Assembly: GCA_963817895.1 (NCBI GenBank)
Contig: CAWFQB010000002.1
Span: 512,001-576,000, forward strand
Length of the DNA: 64,000 nucleotides
Direction of reading: 5' to 3'
Source: an uncultured Chthonomonadaceae bacterium
GTDB lineage: Bacteria > Armatimonadota > Chthonomonadetes > Chthonomonadales > Chthonomonadaceae
The notes under the pieces were generated by a model that was not told the DNA's origin, did not search any database, and worked only from the letters and a program-made list of their open reading frames with translations. This document shows positions 61,184 through 64,000 of this stretch, in pieces. Every line of letters starts with the position of its first letter. Within the stretch, counting starts at the first letter, position 1. A program made the position numbers and the translations under genes.

Positions 61184-61918
61184 TTATCGCTTGCGATGCT
61201 CCATGCGATGCTCCATTCGGTCTTTCTGATACAGCAATTCCAGAACGCGACGCGCGCGGATGGATACCTCATGATCGTTTCCTTGCAGGCGGGTTCGGCG
61301 CTGTTCCAATGCGGCTCTAAATTCCGGTCGGTCTACCTTCACTGCCAGCCGACAGTAGGCGCGAAACTCCTGCCCCCAGCGCGTATCCACAATATGCAGG
61401 ATAACATTGCGCAGGCGGGCCGCATAGTGTGGCGCAATTTCCGGCACCTGTTTCAGCGCGCCAATAGCCGCCTCCTTGGCGTAGCCGGATCGAAAGACAT
61501 AAGGGTCGGCCTCCAAAAACAACACCAACGGCTCCAGGTTGCGGCCATCTCCCGCCTTCGCCTGCCAGAAGGACTGTTGATAGCCGAGTGGGAAAGCGGT
61601 ATACTCCGTTTCCAGTCTCGCCCGCAGTTCCGGCGCAAGAGAACGCGCGTCCAGGCTCTTTTGCCAGAAGTCTCGATATGTTCTCTCATAATCTGTCCAC
61701 GCTGTGGTATCGTAGAGGTTGGCGTGAGCCAGTTCCTCGGCGCGACGACACACGTCAAACGCTTCATGTAACGCGGCGTCCGCCGCCACATGTTGCTCCC
61801 GTTGAGCCTGTTGCTGCTGCATCCGCGCCCGTGACGAAAAAGGTGTGCCAGGCTTTGGCTGTTGCGCTTGCTTGCGGTCACTTTTACGATTCACTGCGGT
61901 TGGTGTTTTACGCTGCAT
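61184..61918 (-). CDS. Hypothetical helical protein
   Basis: FLEADPYVFRSGYAK, EFRAYCRLA; start uncertain. Confidence 0.55.
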   Translation of the reverse strand: MQRKTPTAVNRKSDRKQAQQPKPGTPFSSRARMQQQQAQREQHVAADAALHEAFDVCRRAEELAHANLYDTTAWTDYERTYRDFWQKSLDARSLAPELRARLETEYTAFPLGYQQSFWQAKAGDGRNLEPLVLFLEADPYVFRSGYAKEAAIGALKQVPEIAPHYAARLRNVILHIVDTRWGQEFRAYCRLAVKVDRPEFRAALEQRRTRLQGNDHEVSIRARRVLELLYQKDRMEHRMEHRKR

Positions 61919-61965
61919 CTTCCTACCGAATCCAATCCAACGGAGTGCCAGGCAACAAGCGTCTC

Positions 61966-63126
61966 CTACAAAGCGGGTTTGGGGGCGGCGTAGGGGGCGC
62001 AAAGCGGGTCGCCGATAATCACATCTTTCCAGACCAGATAGCGGGTCGCGGCGTAAAAACTTTCGGCCAGGCAAAAGCCGTTGGTGTAGCGGTCGAAGAG
62101 CAGGCCGGCGTGGGCGATGGCGTCCGCATAGGGTTCGGACACGTAGCCCTTGCAGCCCGTCACGCCCTGCGCGATCAGGTCGGCAATCAGGGATTGGCCG
62201 GGCGCGGCGGGATTGCTGAACGTGCGCCCGCTGGTGGAAACCCCCGTTTCCGCGATGCCGCCCGGCGCGAAGCCCAGGCTGTTGTACGCGGCCTTATCAT
62301 AGTGCGCGTCGTTGCTGCCCCACGAAAAGTAGCCCATTAAATTCTTCTGCTTGCCCGGAAACGCATCCCCCGTATCTAAAATACTTTGCAGACCCTTCGC
62401 TTTGAGAACCCTGTCCGCGTCCCGCATCCCGTCATTGACCATTTTGTAGCCCCCCTCCTCATGCCCCGGCCCCGTATGGAGGAGAAACGGGCCTTTGAGG
62501 GGTTTGGCGGCGAGGGAATTGTCCACCAGTTTCAGGCAATCGGCGCGGGTATAGCCATCCAGACGGTTGACCAACCGGTAGTGGAATTTGGCGAACGTGA
62601 ATCGCTCCGACTTGTTGAAATACGGGTTAGGGGTACGTTCCGGGCGCCCCGGCAGGCCCAGGGCGGCCAGCATACTATCAGTGCCGTGTCCATCATGGAT
62701 GCGTATAGGGATACCTTTCGTCAGCACGATAAAATCAATGGACTCGCTGAAGGCTTGATCGGTAGTGGTGTTGCTGCCGATGGTTCTGGCGAGAAAGCGC
62801 GAAATAGGGGTTTCGATCTGCGCATTAAACTCCGGCCAGGAACACTCTTCGCCGGTGGGACACGCGATTTTACACAGATTGGCGCGCGAAATATGGCGTT
62901 TCTGAATATAGTACGCGCCAATCGCGAGAGAGTCGGGACTGTTGGCATTGACAACAACCAGCACATGGGAGGCCGCAACGGGGCCGGGACGCTGTACGAA
63001 TGTTTGCTGTTGGCCGTTTGCTTTCGTCGCCAGTATGCTTAATAGCAGCCACGCCATCAGGATAAGCGCATAGAGCGGGCAAGGTTTCGGCGCGTTTAAA
63101 GGTTGTACAGGTTTGATTTCAGGCAT
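61966..63126 (-). CDS. TIGR03790-like exported protein
   Basis: VLVVVNANSPDS..IG.YY, IVLTKGIP, RLDG, GYFSWGSND, GYVSEPY, IGDPL. Confidence 0.82.
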   Translation of the reverse strand: MPEIKPVQPLNAPKPCPLYALILMAWLLLSILATKANGQQQTFVQRPGPVAASHVLVVVNANSPDSLAIGAYYIQKRHISRANLCKIACPTGEECSWPEFNAQIETPISRFLARTIGSNTTTDQAFSESIDFIVLTKGIPIRIHDGHGTDSMLAALGLPGRPERTPNPYFNKSERFTFAKFHYRLVNRLDGYTRADCLKLVDNSLAAKPLKGPFLLHTGPGHEEGGYKMVNDGMRDADRVLKAKGLQSILDTGDAFPGKQKNLMGYFSWGSNDAHYDKAAYNSLGFAPGGIAETGVSTSGRTFSNPAAPGQSLIADLIAQGVTGCKGYVSEPYADAIAHAGLLFDRYTNGFCLAESFYAATRYLVWKDVIIGDPLCAPYAAPKPAL

Positions 63127-63166
63127 TTTGTTCAGATTTGTTTGAGAGTCCGGCTGTCGCGTTTGT

Positions 63167-63698
63167 TTATAGATTTGCTGCCGTAAGCAGGTTGGCAATC
63201 ACAATCGCCCAGCGTTCCAGATGCGAATCGTGGCGGTATTCCGGCGCGAAGCCCAAATTTTGATAGGTCTTGATGGCGGCAAGGCGCGGGTCGTCTGTTT
63301 CCAGCACGGCATCATGCAGCCCCATGCGCTTGAACTCATGCAGCGTGACGAGCGTGATGAAGTATCCCAATCGCTGCCCCTGATACGCGGGATCAACCCC
63401 GACCCAATGCACGTAACCGGAATTCGGGATAGTCTTCCGGCAGCACGCGGGCGGACGCGCTGGCGACCGGCTTGCCGCCGAAGTCCACAATGAACACTTT
63501 TTTCACATCGGGCGCGTCAATCAAGATGCGCCGCAGACGTTCGGATGTCCACTGCTCATCCGTAAACGCCTGCCGCATCAGGGCGGAAAGCGCGTCCATA
63601 TCACTGTCGCGGTACTCGCGCAAAACAAAACCGGGCGGCAGATCGGGCAGGGGCGGCAGATCGTCGAGATTGAGACGGCGCATAAACAGATGTTTCAT
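63167..63698 (-). CDS. GNAT acetyltransferase (frameshift near 63420)
   Basis: GYVHWVGVDPAYQGQRLG, AIKTYQNLGF. Confidence 0.85.
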
Positions 63699-63842
63699 AG
63701 CAAGTCCTTTTGTCCCCGGCGCGATTTGACTGCCGGCCTGCCGCTGATACTGCATGGTGGATTTACGGCATCGGAACAGGCGAACGAAATCGGGCGCGAG
63801 GCTGTCTTGCTATTGTTATACTGTTGAAACGCCGGAATGTCG

Positions 63843-64000
63843 TCATACGGGTATAGTTAAATCGCCGTACAGTTCCGGCCTGCGCCCGCCAACCGGGTCC
63901 AGTTCAAACACGCCGGGTTCAAAAACCACTTTTTTCTGCCGCGCTTTTTGCGGATCAATGTCGGCATACAGAACGGTTTCGCTTTCCCCGTCCGCCTGCG
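63843..64000 (-). CDS. Carbon-nitrogen hydrolase family protein, 3' end (runs off window edge)
   Basis: Manual translation QADGESETVLYADIDPQKARQKK...RRPELYGDLTIPV*; RRPELY is typical of the family C-terminus. Confidence 0.75.
   Translation of the reverse strand, partial: QADGESETVLYADIDPQKARQKKVVFEPGVFELDPVGGRRPELYGDLTIPV

Noticed and set aside
1..64000. Prophage, IS transposase, integrase, tRNA or rRNA
   Set aside because: No recognisable motifs found by eye; a tRNAscan/Rfam/HMM run would be needed to exclude them formally.

Overview
GC-rich bacterial chromosomal window from a diderm organism. Gene content (SLH-porin, Gly-rich secreted proteins, TIGR03790-like, Uma2 copies) suggests Armatimonadota; this is an inference. 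It carries housekeeping genes (rel, panBC, menG, polyprenyl synthase, citrate synthase, purN, trpE, tail-specific protease), envelope and carbohydrate enzymes (GH9, GHL10, deacetylase, NAGPA), and many signalling modules. At least 13 genes are split by frameshifts, most likely long-read or consensus indel errors rather than true pseudogenes. Most interesting: (i) two AT-richer ABC-ATPase + nuclease cassettes that look like defence systems, one with a tightly linked AlkB dioxygenase; (ii) a CHASE2 adenylate cyclase / FecR-Gly-linker-beta-barrel / two-lipoprotein operon; (iii) a FIST (NosP-like) + adenylate cyclase operon; (iv) a histidine kinase with a degenerate ATP-binding site; (v) many short tandem-repeat inverted elements, some in frame inside genes such as trpE; (vi) two candidate structured RNAs. 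No rRNA, tRNA, CRISPR array, transposase or integrase was recognised. Family assignments come from motif recognition by eye, not from database searches.
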